From: Longimicrobiales bacterium
Lineage (GTDB): Bacteria > Gemmatimonadota > Gemmatimonadetes > Longimicrobiales > Gaopeijiaceae
Direction: 5' to 3'
Assembly (NCBI GenBank): GCA_965248195.1
Contig: CBDFIQ010000002.1
Coordinates: 1,568,001-1,632,000 of the forward strand
DNA length: 64,000 nucleotides
Of this stretch, positions 50,331 to 60,398 are shown in pieces. A model generated the notes under the pieces. It had not been told where the DNA came from. It did not search any database and saw only the letters and a program-made list of their open reading frames with translations. A program made the translations under genes and the position numbers. Numbering within the stretch: the stretch's first letter is position 1; each line of letters opens with the position of its first letter.

Positions 50331-50624
50331 ATGGCAGGAAAGAAGAAGGCCCGGTTTAGTAGAGCGAGCATCGAAGCACTAGCCCAGGAAAAGCCGGTCG
50401 TGTACAAGATCCGCAACCGAAGCGGAACCAACACATATACTGGCGTGGCAAAGAAAGGACGGGTCGCGGATCGGCTAAAGGAACATCTGCCCGGAGGTCC
50501 GGATCCCATCCCGGGTGCCGCGAGTGTGGAGATCAGACAAATGAGCTCGATCGCCGAGGCGAGAGAGGCAGAAGCCCGGAGCATCAAGAGGTCTAAGCCC
50601 AAGCACAACAAGGTGGGGAAGTGA
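50331..50624 (+). CDS. minimal standalone GIY-YIG nuclease-like protein
   Basis: PVVYKI...YTGVAK..R..DRLKEH...AREAE...PKHN; GGAGG RBS. Confidence 0.7.
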   Translation: MAGKKKARFSRASIEALAQEKPVVYKIRNRSGTNTYTGVAKKGRVADRLKEHLPGGPDPIPGAASVEIRQMSSIAEAREAEARSIKRSKPKHNKVGK

Positions 50625-51098
50625 AGCGACGCTGTCTGTTGATCGACCTACACCGAAGTCACGCCACTCGATAGCGATCGGGAAGGTTGGGGATCAACCC
50701 CGATGACGTTCGGGCGCACCTGCTCGCCCAACAGGAGGTCGCCACTAGAGCGCGCTTGCTAAACCAGCAGGAGGTGTCACCGTGGTTCGCCGGTATCAGA
50801 ACCGTCGGAACCCCCTGTGATTACTGGATTTTCGATTCGCCAACCGAAAACGCTCCCATCCAAGACTCAACGTTAGACGAGCTCATGGGGCGTGTTCGGG
50901 TTGCCCGGCAAAGGATCACGGTCCTGGAGGCCGAGGCGGGGTGACTTGGAGGGGGCTCCGTCTCCGGAGTGTCGCCGCCGTCGAAGCGTTTGACCGGGCC
51001 CTGCCGGGAGGATAGTCATGAAGGTTCCTCTCCGATCCCCAGGGTCGTGCCCGGGGGCGAGACACGCAGGCTGTCACCTTCTTCTTCTGGGGGACGTC

Positions 51099-54047
51099 GT
51101 GAGAGCAATTCTCTCCATGCTGGGCTTCGCCCTTCTCCTCACCGGTGGAGTCGAGGCACAACAGGCGACCCGGACCCAGCCGGTGGCGGGCATCCGGGAC
51201 AACGATACCGGTTTCCATGCCCTCGTGGGTGCTCGGGTCTTGACCTCTCCGGGGCAGGTCCTGGAGAACGCCACCATCGTGGTCCGCGACGGGCTCATCC
51301 AGAGTGTGGGACGCAACGAGCAGCCACCCGCCGGAGCCCGGGTCTGGGATCTGGCGGGCCTCACGGTCTATCCGGGCTTCATCGATGCGCACGCCGACCT
51401 GGGCATGGATTCCGTGCCCGAAGGGGGCGACGTTGGGCCCACGCACTGGAATCCCCAGGTGCGTGCCTGGTTCAGCACGACCATGAACTTCGGGGACGAC
51501 GAAGATCGCCGCTCCGCCCTTCGTTCCCAGGGGTTCGGGACCGCCTTGGTGGTTCCGAAGCAGGGCATCTTCCGGGGCACCGCCTCGGTCGTGAACCTCA
51601 CCGACGACGGGGTCCGAGACCGGATCCTCCGACCCGACCTGGTCCATTCAGTCGGCTTCCAGCGCTCGCTCCGGTTGGGAGGTGGGTACCCCAACTCCCC
51701 GATGGGTGTGGCGGCCCTCATGAAGCAGACCTTCATGGACACGGACTGGTACATGCGGGCATGGGAGGGTTATGAGGCCAGCGGGCGGGCGTTCCTCCCG
51801 CCGGAGACCAGTGCGTCCTTGGCGGCACTGGAAGACGTCGTGCTGGGCGATCAGCCGATGTTCTTCGAGACCAACAGTGAGGAGGAGTACCTGCGGGCCT
51901 ACGCGCTGGCAGCGGACTACGGGGTGACCCCCTGGTTCCGTGGGAGCGGCCAGGAATACCGCATCCTCGACGTGCTGGAGGGGCGGATCGAGCCTCTCGT
52001 CATCCCGCTCGACTTCCCCGACGCGCCCGACGTCGATAATCCGGAGCTGGCGCTGAACGCCTCGTTGGCCGAACTGCGCCACTGGTACTTGGCGCCCACC
52101 AGCCCAGGCCAACTATCCGGGGCCGGGGTCCGCTTCGCTATCACCACGGACGGGCTCTCCTCGCTGAACGAGTTTCTACCCAACCTGCGCATCGCCGTGG
52201 CCCGGGGGCTTCCCGCCGACGATGCCCTCGCGGCCCTCACCACCACACCGGCCGACTGGCTGGGCATCGATCGAACCCACGGCACCATCGAGGCGGGTAA
52301 GGTGGCCAACCTCGTCGTGAGCGAGGGCGATCTCTTCACCGAAGAGGCTACGGTCCGCGACGTCTGGGTGCATGGGAAGGCCTACGGCGTCACCCGTCCC
52401 GCGCAGGTCGACCCTCGAGGGACCTGGCGCATCGCCTCCGACGACGAGTGGGGCTTCGATGCGGAGCTCCGTCTCGAGGGCCCGCTGAACCGTTTGGGTG
52501 GTTACATCGATGTCGCCGGCGGGGAGCGGATCGCCCTGTCCTCGGCCAGCGTCGTGGCCGAGACGGGCCGGATCGAGGTGCGTTTCGATGGCGGGGACCT
52601 GGGATACGAGGGGACGGCTCTCTTGGCTGGCTCGGTCGCAGGCGATGAGTTCTACGGCTGGACCTCTCTCCCCAACGGGGCGGATCCTTCGTTCCAAGGC
52701 ACGCGCACCCAGGCGTTCGAAGGGGCTGCGCGCGGCACCGTGGCGATGAACGTTCCCGAGATCGACCTTCCCTTCATCCGCCCCATGATGGAGTACGGAC
52801 GGAGCTCCATCCCCGAGCAGCCCGCCGCGGTTGTCGTGCGCAACGCCACCGTATGGACTCAGGGTCCTCAAGGACGATTGGAAAACGCCGACCTCCTGGT
52901 GCGGGCTGGACAGGTGGCGCTGGTGGGTATCGATCTCGATGCCCCCTCAGGTGCGGTGGAGATCGACGCCACGGGCAAGCACGTGACCCCTGGACTGATC
53001 GACCCCCACATCCATTCGGGAGTCAGCGGGGTGAACGAGAGCGGCTTCGCCATCGTCCCCGAGGTGCAGATGGCGGACGTGGTGACGCACAACAACATCT
53101 GGATGTACCGTCAACTCGCCGGCGGACTGACGACGGCTCACGTGAAGCACGGTTCCGCCAACCCCATCGGGGGCGAGAACGTGTTCGTGAAGATGCGGTG
53201 GGGTTCCCTGCCGGAGGACCTGAAGCTCGACAACGCGCCTCGGACGGTGAAGTTCGCACTGGGCGAGAACCCGAAGCGTCGTCAGGGGCGCTACCCCGAC
53301 ACCCGCATGGGAACTCAGGAGATCATCCGCGACCACTTCATGGCCGCTCGGGACTACGAGCGCGAGTGGCAGCGGTGGGAGGCCAGCGGCGAGGGCATTC
53401 CACCCCGCCGTGACCTTCGGATGGAGTCGATTCTCGACATCCTGAACCAGGAGTTGCTCATCTCGTCGCACGGATACCGCGCCGACGAGTTCCTGGCGCT
53501 GATCCGCCTGGCGGAGGAGTTCGGGTTCCGGGTGCAGACGCTGCAGCACGCGGTCGAGGCCTACAAGATCGCCCCCGAGTTGGCTGCCGCGGGCGTGGCC
53601 GCCGCGGTGTGGAGCGACTGGGGCGGATTCAAACTCGAGGCGTACGACGCGACCGTGTACAACGCTCGCATCCTCATGGAGGCTGGCGTGGTGACGTCGC
53701 TGCACTCCGACAACAGCGAGATCGCCAGCCGCATGAACTGGGAGGCGGGCAAGTTGCTGCGCACCGGACTCACGGAAGAGCAGGCGCTTTCGACGGTGAC
53801 CAACCAGTCGGCCCAGGCCGTGGCCATCGACGACCAGGTCGGCTCTCTGGAGCCGGGTAAGGACGGCGACTTCGTCATCTGGAGCGGCAACCCGCTCTCG
53901 CAGTTCACTCGAGCGGAGCAGACCTGGATCGATGGCCGGCGTTACTTCTCGTTGGAGGAGGACGCGGCCCAACGTGAGGAGATCGAACGGGAGCGGACCC
54001 GACTCATCCAGGCCGTTCTCTCGGTCGAGGGGAGGAATGGACCATGA
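51099..54047 (+). CDS. double-domain amidohydrolase family protein
   Basis: YPGFIDAHAD and TPGLIDPHIH, KFALGENPKR, GSLEPGKDGDFVIW; signal peptide. Confidence 0.9.
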   Translation: MRAILSMLGFALLLTGGVEAQQATRTQPVAGIRDNDTGFHALVGARVLTSPGQVLENATIVVRDGLIQSVGRNEQPPAGARVWDLAGLTVYPGFIDAHADLGMDSVPEGGDVGPTHWNPQVRAWFSTTMNFGDDEDRRSALRSQGFGTALVVPKQGIFRGTASVVNLTDDGVRDRILRPDLVHSVGFQRSLRLGGGYPNSPMGVAALMKQTFMDTDWYMRAWEGYEASGRAFLPPETSASLAALEDVVLGDQPMFFETNSEEEYLRAYALAADYGVTPWFRGSGQEYRILDVLEGRIEPLVIPLDFPDAPDVDNPELALNASLAELRHWYLAPTSPGQLSGAGVRFAITTDGLSSLNEFLPNLRIAVARGLPADDALAALTTTPADWLGIDRTHGTIEAGKVANLVVSEGDLFTEEATVRDVWVHGKAYGVTRPAQVDPRGTWRIASDDEWGFDAELRLEGPLNRLGGYIDVAGGERIALSSASVVAETGRIEVRFDGGDLGYEGTALLAGSVAGDEFYGWTSLPNGADPSFQGTRTQAFEGAARGTVAMNVPEIDLPFIRPMMEYGRSSIPEQPAAVVVRNATVWTQGPQGRLENADLLVRAGQVALVGIDLDAPSGAVEIDATGKHVTPGLIDPHIHSGVSGVNESGFAIVPEVQMADVVTHNNIWMYRQLAGGLTTAHVKHGSANPIGGENVFVKMRWGSLPEDLKLDNAPRTVKFALGENPKRRQGRYPDTRMGTQEIIRDHFMAARDYEREWQRWEASGEGIPPRRDLRMESILDILNQELLISSHGYRADEFLALIRLAEEFGFRVQTLQHAVEAYKIAPELAAAGVAAAVWSDWGGFKLEAYDATVYNARILMEAGVVTSLHSDNSEIASRMNWEAGKLLRTGLTEEQALSTVTNQSAQAVAIDDQVGSLEPGKDGDFVIWSGNPLSQFTRAEQTWIDGRRYFSLEEDAAQREEIERERTRLIQAVLSVEGRNGP

Positions 54048-55426
54048 ACACCATCGAGCGAGGAGCCATGACGGGAGTTCTGTCCCGGGCCGGTTCCCTG
54101 ACCACCCTAGCGGTGATATCGGCCGTCGCTGCACCGTTGTTGCCCTCGGACGCCACAGCACAGGTGCGGATGACGGTCCGGCCCCAATCTGAGCCCATCG
54201 CGCTTCAAGGGGCCACCATCCACACCGTGACGAACGGGGTCATCGAGAACGGTACCATCCTCTTCGACAACGGGGTGATTACCGCGATCGGGACCGACGT
54301 GCGGCTCCCCGCCGGGACGCGGGTGGTGGACGCCTCGGGTAAACACATCTATCCCGGCCTCATCGACGCCTACAGCACCGTGGGGATCAGTGAGATCGGT
54401 TCGGTCGGCGTCTCCAACGACACGAACGAACTGGGCGACTTCAATCCGAACGTTCGAGCGGAGGTCGCGGTCAACGCCGAAAGCCGCCACATCGGCACCA
54501 CACGCTCTGCCGGGGTGCTCGTGAGCTTGACCACCCCCGGGGGTGGCCTCATCTCCGGCATGTCGTCGGCTCTCAATCTCGAGGGCTGGACTTGGGAGGA
54601 GATGTCGTTGGAGTCGGCCGCGGCCCTCAACGTGAACTGGCCCGACCCCAACCCTCGCCGCTCGGGAGGCCGGGGGGTTGGTGCGCGTGGAGGCCCGCCG
54701 CGGGGAGACCCTCCCACCTATGAGGAGCGGGTCCAGGAACTCAAGGACTTCTTCGCGGAAGCACGAGCCTACCGCGACGCCGTCGCCGCGGGTGAGCAAG
54801 TTCGGAGCGACTCCCGCTACGCCGCCATGATCCCAGCGCTGAACGGGGAGATCCCGGTCGTGGTGGCCGCGGACGGGGCGGCCCAGATCAACGACGCGGT
54901 CACCTGGGGCCAGGGGGAAGGACTCCGGATCGTGATCCGTGGAGGACGCGATGCCATTCATGTGGCGGACCGGCTGGTGGCCGAGAACATCCCCGTGATC
55001 CTCACGTCCACCATGGCCGCTCCGGGTCGGGACTACGAGGGGTACGACGGCGCCTATACGATGCCGGCCCGGCTGTATGAGGCGGGCGTGAAATTCGCAA
55101 TCTCAGGCGGCGCGGGTGCTCTCTATACGAACCGTTTGCCTTGGGAGGCGGGGGTGGCCGTGGCCTTCGGGCTTCCGGAGGAGGAAGCCGTCAAGGCAGT
55201 GACCATCAACGCCGCCGAGTTCATGGGTCTGGACGACCGGATCGGTTCGCTGGAAACCGGCAAGCACGCGACGCTCCTCATCACTACGGGGAACCCGCTG
55301 GACATGACTACCAACATCGAGCAGGCCTACATCCAGGGCCGCGAGCTCGACATGAATGACATCCAGAAGCATTTCTTCGAGAAGTACATGGTCAAGGTCA
55401 GGCAGTTCTTGCCGATAGTGTTTTAA
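54044..55426 (+). CDS. amidohydrolase family protein (partner subunit)
   Basis: YPGLIDAYS (metal His absent), IGSLETGKHATL; ATGA-coupled to the upstream gene. Confidence 0.88.
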   Translation: MNTIERGAMTGVLSRAGSLTTLAVISAVAAPLLPSDATAQVRMTVRPQSEPIALQGATIHTVTNGVIENGTILFDNGVITAIGTDVRLPAGTRVVDASGKHIYPGLIDAYSTVGISEIGSVGVSNDTNELGDFNPNVRAEVAVNAESRHIGTTRSAGVLVSLTTPGGGLISGMSSALNLEGWTWEEMSLESAAALNVNWPDPNPRRSGGRGVGARGGPPRGDPPTYEERVQELKDFFAEARAYRDAVAAGEQVRSDSRYAAMIPALNGEIPVVVAADGAAQINDAVTWGQGEGLRIVIRGGRDAIHVADRLVAENIPVILTSTMAAPGRDYEGYDGAYTMPARLYEAGVKFAISGGAGALYTNRLPWEAGVAVAFGLPEEEAVKAVTINAAEFMGLDDRIGSLETGKHATLLITTGNPLDMTTNIEQAYIQGRELDMNDIQKHFFEKYMVKVRQFLPIVF

Positions 55427-55477
55427 GTGGGTCGTCCATGGCCCGGCCAACTCGCACGACAGGAGGCACTCGTGGGC

Positions 55478-56185
55478 CTACGCCACCTTCGTCCCCACGA
55501 TCACGCTCATCGGCCCTTCGCGCCACACGCACCTGGCCTGGAAGCCGGCCCCGGTGAGTGCGGCCAGCTCATCTTCGAGCGGCATGTATGTGTCCTCCGC
55601 CGACCAATCCTCGAAGTGCCTCCAGGCCTCGGCTTCCTCGATGCCGTGGACCGCCATGTGGTCCACCCACATGCCGTATAACTCGTCCCTCTCCTCGGGA
55701 TCCGCCGGCATGGTAGAGTCGGCGTTCACGAAGACGCCTCCACGCCGTAGCGCCTCGAACGCGCGGCCGTAGAGGGCCCGCTTCGCATCCATTGTGGGGA
55801 TGTGATGCAGTGACAGCGACGCCGCCATGGCATCGCACGAGGGGAAGGGATCATCGAACGAGCGAAGCCGAAACTGAGCGCGATACGCGAAGGGGGCGAG
55901 CCGGGAGCGCGCCTTCTCGAGCATCTCCGGATCCACGTCGAGTAGTTCCACCGAACGGATGTCACGGTGTCCGAGGAGCGCGGCGGACAGCGCGCCGGTC
56001 CCCGCGCCGAGGTCGAGCACCAGGCTGGGACCGATCGCCGCGACGGCGGCCGCGGCCTCGGAGAGCATGGGCTCGTAGCCAGGGATGAAGCGGCGGATCG
56101 CCTCGTCATAGGCGTCGATGTCGACACGCAGATGTTGTCGGACGCTGTGGGGCATGATGTGAGACTTCTGCTTGAAGTGGGTCAC
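55478..56185 (-). CDS. class I SAM-dependent methyltransferase
   Basis: VLDLGAGTG, SLHH, GGVFVNAD. Confidence 0.88.
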   Translation of the reverse strand: MTHFKQKSHIMPHSVRQHLRVDIDAYDEAIRRFIPGYEPMLSEAAAAVAAIGPSLVLDLGAGTGALSAALLGHRDIRSVELLDVDPEMLEKARSRLAPFAYRAQFRLRSFDDPFPSCDAMAASLSLHHIPTMDAKRALYGRAFEALRRGGVFVNADSTMPADPEERDELYGMWVDHMAVHGIEEAEAWRHFEDWSAEDTYMPLEDELAALTGAGFQARCVWREGPMSVIVGTKVA

Positions 56186-56297
56186 GTCAACCGGTCCACC
56201 CCATCCCGTGCAGAAAGAAGTGGCTGATTCGCGTACAGATCAGCAAGCCAATAACGCGCCTTTAAGCCACGAAGGCGCTTGAGGCAGTTGCCGCACT

Positions 56298-56363
56298 GCT
56301 CGCGCGCTTCGCTTGGGGTCACCACATTAGCCGCGCAGTAGAATCGCAAATCCGTTAGGCGGC
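56298..56363 (+). repeat. orphan right half of an attC-like site
   Basis: 57/66 nt identical by manual alignment to 47105-47170, ending GTTAGGCGGC. Confidence 0.78.
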
Positions 56364-56452
56364 GCTAAGACTCAGAGCCCCCAGGTTCGTCGATCTGACG
56401 GAGCCTGCGGCTGCGATGCCTTTGGACGGGCAATGGAGGAAACCTACACGTC

Positions 56453-57667
56453 GTGATTTCGGATCCCCTTGCGGTCTTCCTGGTCCTTGCCGTCATCGTC
56501 CTGGTCGCGCTGAGCCTCGAGGCAAGTTTCCCGCTTTTCCGGGCCCTCGGTGCCGCCCTGGTGGGGATCCTCATAGGTATGCTGCTGTCCAATACCGGCG
56601 TGCTTCCTGGGGAGTCGGCGGCTTACGAGCTCCTCATGGGCCCCGGGGTGAGCATTGGCGTCGTGCTCATTCTGCTGAGCGTCGACATGGGGTCCGTCCG
56701 CAAGGCGGGCCCCAAGATGCTCGCCGCGTTCGGAATCGGAACGCTGGGCACGGCGATCGGCGCCCTGGTCGGCGGGCTGAGCTTGGCTGGCATGATCGGT
56801 CCGGACACCTGGAAGCTCACGGGGCAGTTCACGGGTACGTACACCGGGGGTGGCCTCAACTTCGCGGCTCTGGCACAGGCGTTCGAGACCCCCAGCGACC
56901 TGTTCACGGCGGCCGTGGCAGCCGACGTCATCGTGACGGCCGTATGGATGATGACGTGTCTGGTGGTGCCGCTTCTGTTCTCGAGGAGGGGGGTGGATAC
57001 TGGGGCTGCCGTCGGGGCGGATGCTCCGGCTGCGGGCGGCGCCGAAGGCTCCGTGATGGAGCGCGAACCAGGCGCCTCGTCCGCGTCGGGCAGCGCCGCC
57101 GGATCGCCTTCGCTCGCGCACGGTCTCTACAGCTCGGGCAAACCGGTGCCGATCGCCCACACCGCCGCTCTCGTGGTCATCGCCGTCGGTGCGGTGTGGC
57201 TTGCCGGAGTCATCGCCGACGCGGTTCCGGTCCTGCCGGAAATCCTGTGGCTCACAACCCTGGCTCTGATCGTCGCACAGATCCCGGCCGTGAAGTTGCT
57301 GTCGGGAGGCGCCATGTGGGGCAACTATCTGATCCTCCTCTTCCTGGCCAGCAATGGCGCTCGTTCGGTGGTGGCCAACATCGTGGAGGTCGGTCCGGGC
57401 GTCTTCTACTTCGCCGTCATAACGGTGTCGATCCACGGGCTCGTCATCTTCGGGCTCGGGAGGGCCGCCGGCATCGACGCCCCGACGCTCGCAGTGGCCT
57501 CCCAGGCGAACATCGGGGGCCCCGCGTCGGCCATGGCCCTCGCCAGCGCGAGAGGGTACACGGATCGCCTGCTCCCCGGAGTCGCGGTGGGCCTGCTTGG
57601 ATACGCGGCGGGCAACTACGCGGGCTTCGCCGTAGCGGCTCTAGCCCGGGTGCTGCTCGGGGTCTAG
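56453..57667 (+). CDS. DUF819 family membrane protein
   Basis: GTYTGGGLNF, ASQANIGGPASA, VGLLGYAAGNY. Confidence 0.88.
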   Translation: MISDPLAVFLVLAVIVLVALSLEASFPLFRALGAALVGILIGMLLSNTGVLPGESAAYELLMGPGVSIGVVLILLSVDMGSVRKAGPKMLAAFGIGTLGTAIGALVGGLSLAGMIGPDTWKLTGQFTGTYTGGGLNFAALAQAFETPSDLFTAAVAADVIVTAVWMMTCLVVPLLFSRRGVDTGAAVGADAPAAGGAEGSVMEREPGASSASGSAAGSPSLAHGLYSSGKPVPIAHTAALVVIAVGAVWLAGVIADAVPVLPEILWLTTLALIVAQIPAVKLLSGGAMWGNYLILLFLASNGARSVVANIVEVGPGVFYFAVITVSIHGLVIFGLGRAAGIDAPTLAVASQANIGGPASAMALASARGYTDRLLPGVAVGLLGYAAGNYAGFAVAALARVLLGV

Positions 57668-57675
57668 CCGCAGCC

Positions 57676-58125
57676 TCAGCGGCCCCTCCTCGTCGTCACT
57701 TCTATGACCCCGCCAGCATAGCCGGTGTCGTATTTGGTGGTGGCGTCGGAGGCGGAGAGGTACCGCATGGTTTCGATGTTTTCAGTGCTCATTTGGTCGA
57801 GGTAAGTGAGCACGCGACGGACCGTTCCATCGACCACGACTCGCGCATACGAGGGTCCATAGTTGACACTGACGCTTCGGGATCGGAGCCAGCGCGGGTT
57901 TAGGATCTCGACCGCCCGCCAGGCGCTCTGGCCCGCGAATCGTTCGAGCTGGGCTCGGACGATGAGACGCGAGTTCCCTTGGGAGGCCGCGGCGGAAGTT
58001 TCGAATTCCCGTCCGAAGGGCGTGTCTTGTGACGAAGCACAGGCGGAGACGACGAGGGCTAGGACGACGGATGCGCAACGGCGGAAAGAGATGGTGGCCC
58101 CCCACTTCTCTGGTGTGACTTCCAA
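57676..58125 (-). CDS. standalone TonB plug-like lipoprotein
   Basis: VSAC lipobox; IETMRYLSASDATTKYDTGYAGGVIEVTT. Confidence 0.68.
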   Translation of the reverse strand: MEVTPEKWGATISFRRCASVVLALVVSACASSQDTPFGREFETSAAASQGNSRLIVRAQLERFAGQSAWRAVEILNPRWLRSRSVSVNYGPSYARVVVDGTVRRVLTYLDQMSTENIETMRYLSASDATTKYDTGYAGGVIEVTTRRGR

Positions 58126-58183
58126 ACCCTACTTTCATAACGGTTCTCGGATTCGGCCTTGTCAAGTACCTGCGGTGTCCACC

Positions 58184-59559
58184 GGTAGTGTCCCTAGATT
58201 TGTGTAAAAGCGGATAAGCTGGACAGGAGGGAAAGAAAAACGGAAGCTCCTCTGTTGTTGTTCACTGTCACATGAACCCGGGAGTCCGGGTCTGCAGAGC
58301 AGGCTCGGAACCGGAGAGGAGCTTCCGATGCAAGAGATTGTGGAGATCGGTCGGGCCACGCAAGACGAGCTACGCGATGATTTGCGCGAGCTGTTTCAAG
58401 GCGCGATCCGGCTGACGCTCGAGATGGTGCTGGAAGAGGAGCTGAAGGCCATGGTAGGTGCACGCCGCTTCGAGCGGGTGGGAAGCCGGAAGGACCATAG
58501 GAACGGCACATACCTGAGGCGGCTGCTGACGAGCCTGGGGCAGATCGAGGTCGCCATGCCCCGGAGCCGGGACAACGGTTCGCCGGCCGACGTGATCGGC
58601 CGCTACCAGCGCAGGAGCCCCGAGCTCGACGAGATGATGGTCGAGGCGTATGTGAGCGGCGTGTCACAGCGCAAGATGGGCGACGTCACCGAGGCGCTGA
58701 TGGGCGAGCGTGTTGGGCGCTCGACGGTGAGTCGTGTGGCAAAACGGCTCGACGAGGCCGTGGAAGGGCTGCGCCGTGCGCCGATCGAGGGGCCTCACCC
58801 CTATCTGTACCTGGACGCCACGTTCTTGGACGCCCGCTGGGCCCGCAAAGTCGAGAACGTGAGTGCGCTCGTGGCGTATGCAGTGGGCCCTGAGGGTCAC
58901 CGACGGCTCCTGGCCGTCACACTGGGCGCTGAGGAGTCGCAGCAGAGCTGGTCGGAGCTCCTCGAGCAACTCCAGGACCGCGGCCTCGGCGGTGTCGAGC
59001 TCGTGATCGCCGATGAGCACGCAGGCCTGGCAGCTGCGGTCCGCCGCTTCCTGCCCGAGGCACGCCGTCAGAGGTGTACGGTCCATCTGCAGCGTAATGT
59101 GGGGGCGAGGGTCCCCCACCGCCTACGCAAGCGCGTGGCGCGTGAGGTCTCGGTGATCTTCCAGACATCCGGACTCGCCGAGGCGAAGAAGCTCCTGGGC
59201 GAGTTCGGCGCACGCTGGAAGAAGGAGCTGCCCGAGGCCGTGGAGGTCCTGGAGCGGGGCTTCGGGGCAGCGACGCAGTTCTACGCGTTCCCCGAGGCGC
59301 ACTGGCCCCGGCTGCGTACCACCAACAGCCTCGAGCGGCTGCACGGCGAGATCAAACGCAGGATCAAGGCCGCCGGCGCCTTCCCGGACCGGGCCAGCGC
59401 CCTCAGGCTCATCACGGCCGTCGCACTCAGGACCACACACGTCTGGGGCGACCGGCGTTACCTCGACCTCTCACTCCTCCAGAAACAGGAGGTCGCCCAA
59501 GCAGCCTAGCCGAAGGCGAGGAGCTTCCTCCGCTTTTACACACAAATCGGGACTTGACC
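58184..59559 (+). mobile_element. IS256-family insertion sequence
   Basis: 31-bp imperfect IRs (GGTAGTGTCCCTAGATTTGTGTAAAAGCGGA vs reverse complement GGTCAAGTCCCGATTTGTGTGTAAAAGCGGA); flanks GTGTCCACC/GTGTCCGAC form an imperfect duplication. Confidence 0.9.
58328..59509 (+). CDS. IS256 (Mutator) transposase
   Basis: RNG, YLYLDAT, IADEHAGL, QRCTVH, RTTNSLERLHGEIKRR. Confidence 0.95.
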   Translation: MQEIVEIGRATQDELRDDLRELFQGAIRLTLEMVLEEELKAMVGARRFERVGSRKDHRNGTYLRRLLTSLGQIEVAMPRSRDNGSPADVIGRYQRRSPELDEMMVEAYVSGVSQRKMGDVTEALMGERVGRSTVSRVAKRLDEAVEGLRRAPIEGPHPYLYLDATFLDARWARKVENVSALVAYAVGPEGHRRLLAVTLGAEESQQSWSELLEQLQDRGLGGVELVIADEHAGLAAAVRRFLPEARRQRCTVHLQRNVGARVPHRLRKRVAREVSVIFQTSGLAEAKKLLGEFGARWKKELPEAVEVLERGFGAATQFYAFPEAHWPRLRTTNSLERLHGEIKRRIKAAGAFPDRASALRLITAVALRTTHVWGDRRYLDLSLLQKQEVAQAA

Positions 59560-59745
59560 GTGTCCGACTCCGTCGAGAACGGGTAGAATCCCGACGGTAT
59601 TCCCCAGCTTTGTGGCGAACTGGGGGACTAACGGCCTTCCAGCAGTCGATGCCCCCGTGAGTGGTACGCACAGATTGCGGCTCTGAGCGCCCGGCCATAC
59701 GTTACTGCGACCGCCGCCTATAACCTTACAGATGGAGGTGAAGGA

Positions 59746-60234
59746 ATGGCTTTCGGGAAAGTCACGAAGTTGGGAGTAGGAGCCGCAGCGCTTACCCTTA
59801 TCGGGATCGCGGGTATCGGGTTCGCTCCTGCGCCGACTCAGCTTCCGACCGTCACGGTGCACCTCAGCCCTACCTGAGGATGCTGCAGCCAGTGGGTGGG
59901 TCACCTACGAGACAACGGTTTTGAAGTAGCACTCTTCGAGGTCGATGACATCGCGGCACACCAAGAGGAGCACGGAGTCCCTGCCGAGTTCAGAGGGTGT
60001 CACTCGGCCCAGGTGGGAGGCTACATGGTCGAGGGCCACGTTCCCGCGGATTTGCTCAAGCGCTTCTTGGAGGAGCATTCGAGCATGGCAGGCATCACCG
60101 TGCCCGGCATGATCATGGGTCCACCAGGGATGGAAGGGTCGGTGTCGGTGCCCTATGCCGTTCTGACGTTCGACCGGGAAGGCAAGAGCACGATCTACGA
60201 GTCGCGACGTTCTGAAGTTCGAGTAGGAAGGTAA
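59746..60234 (+). CDS. DUF411 metal-binding protein, predicted selenoprotein (Sec44, UGCC motif)
   Basis: GGAGGTG RBS, ATG, signal peptide, then VTVHLSPT-UGA-GCCSQWVGHL in frame with ORF 59896-60234 (GCHSA, VEGHVPA, VPGM..G.PGMEG). Confidence 0.8.
59878..59908 (+). promoter_or_regulatory. candidate SECIS element
   Basis: GTGGGTG-GGT-CACCTAC hairpin at 59892-59908; loop G 22 nt after UGA; GGTC apex as in the fdh SECIS. Confidence 0.65.
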
Positions 60235-60398
60235 TAGCACGATCTGCGAGTCGCGCTGACGGCTCAGCTTAGGCTTCAGGTAACCCCGCTCGAGGCTCCG
60301 GCCCCGGGCGGGGCTTCTGTTGTCGCCTCAGGCCCCCGACGCGTCCGGTCGCAACGCAGGCTTGGCCTGCCTATCGCTCTGACACTAGGACGGGATCT

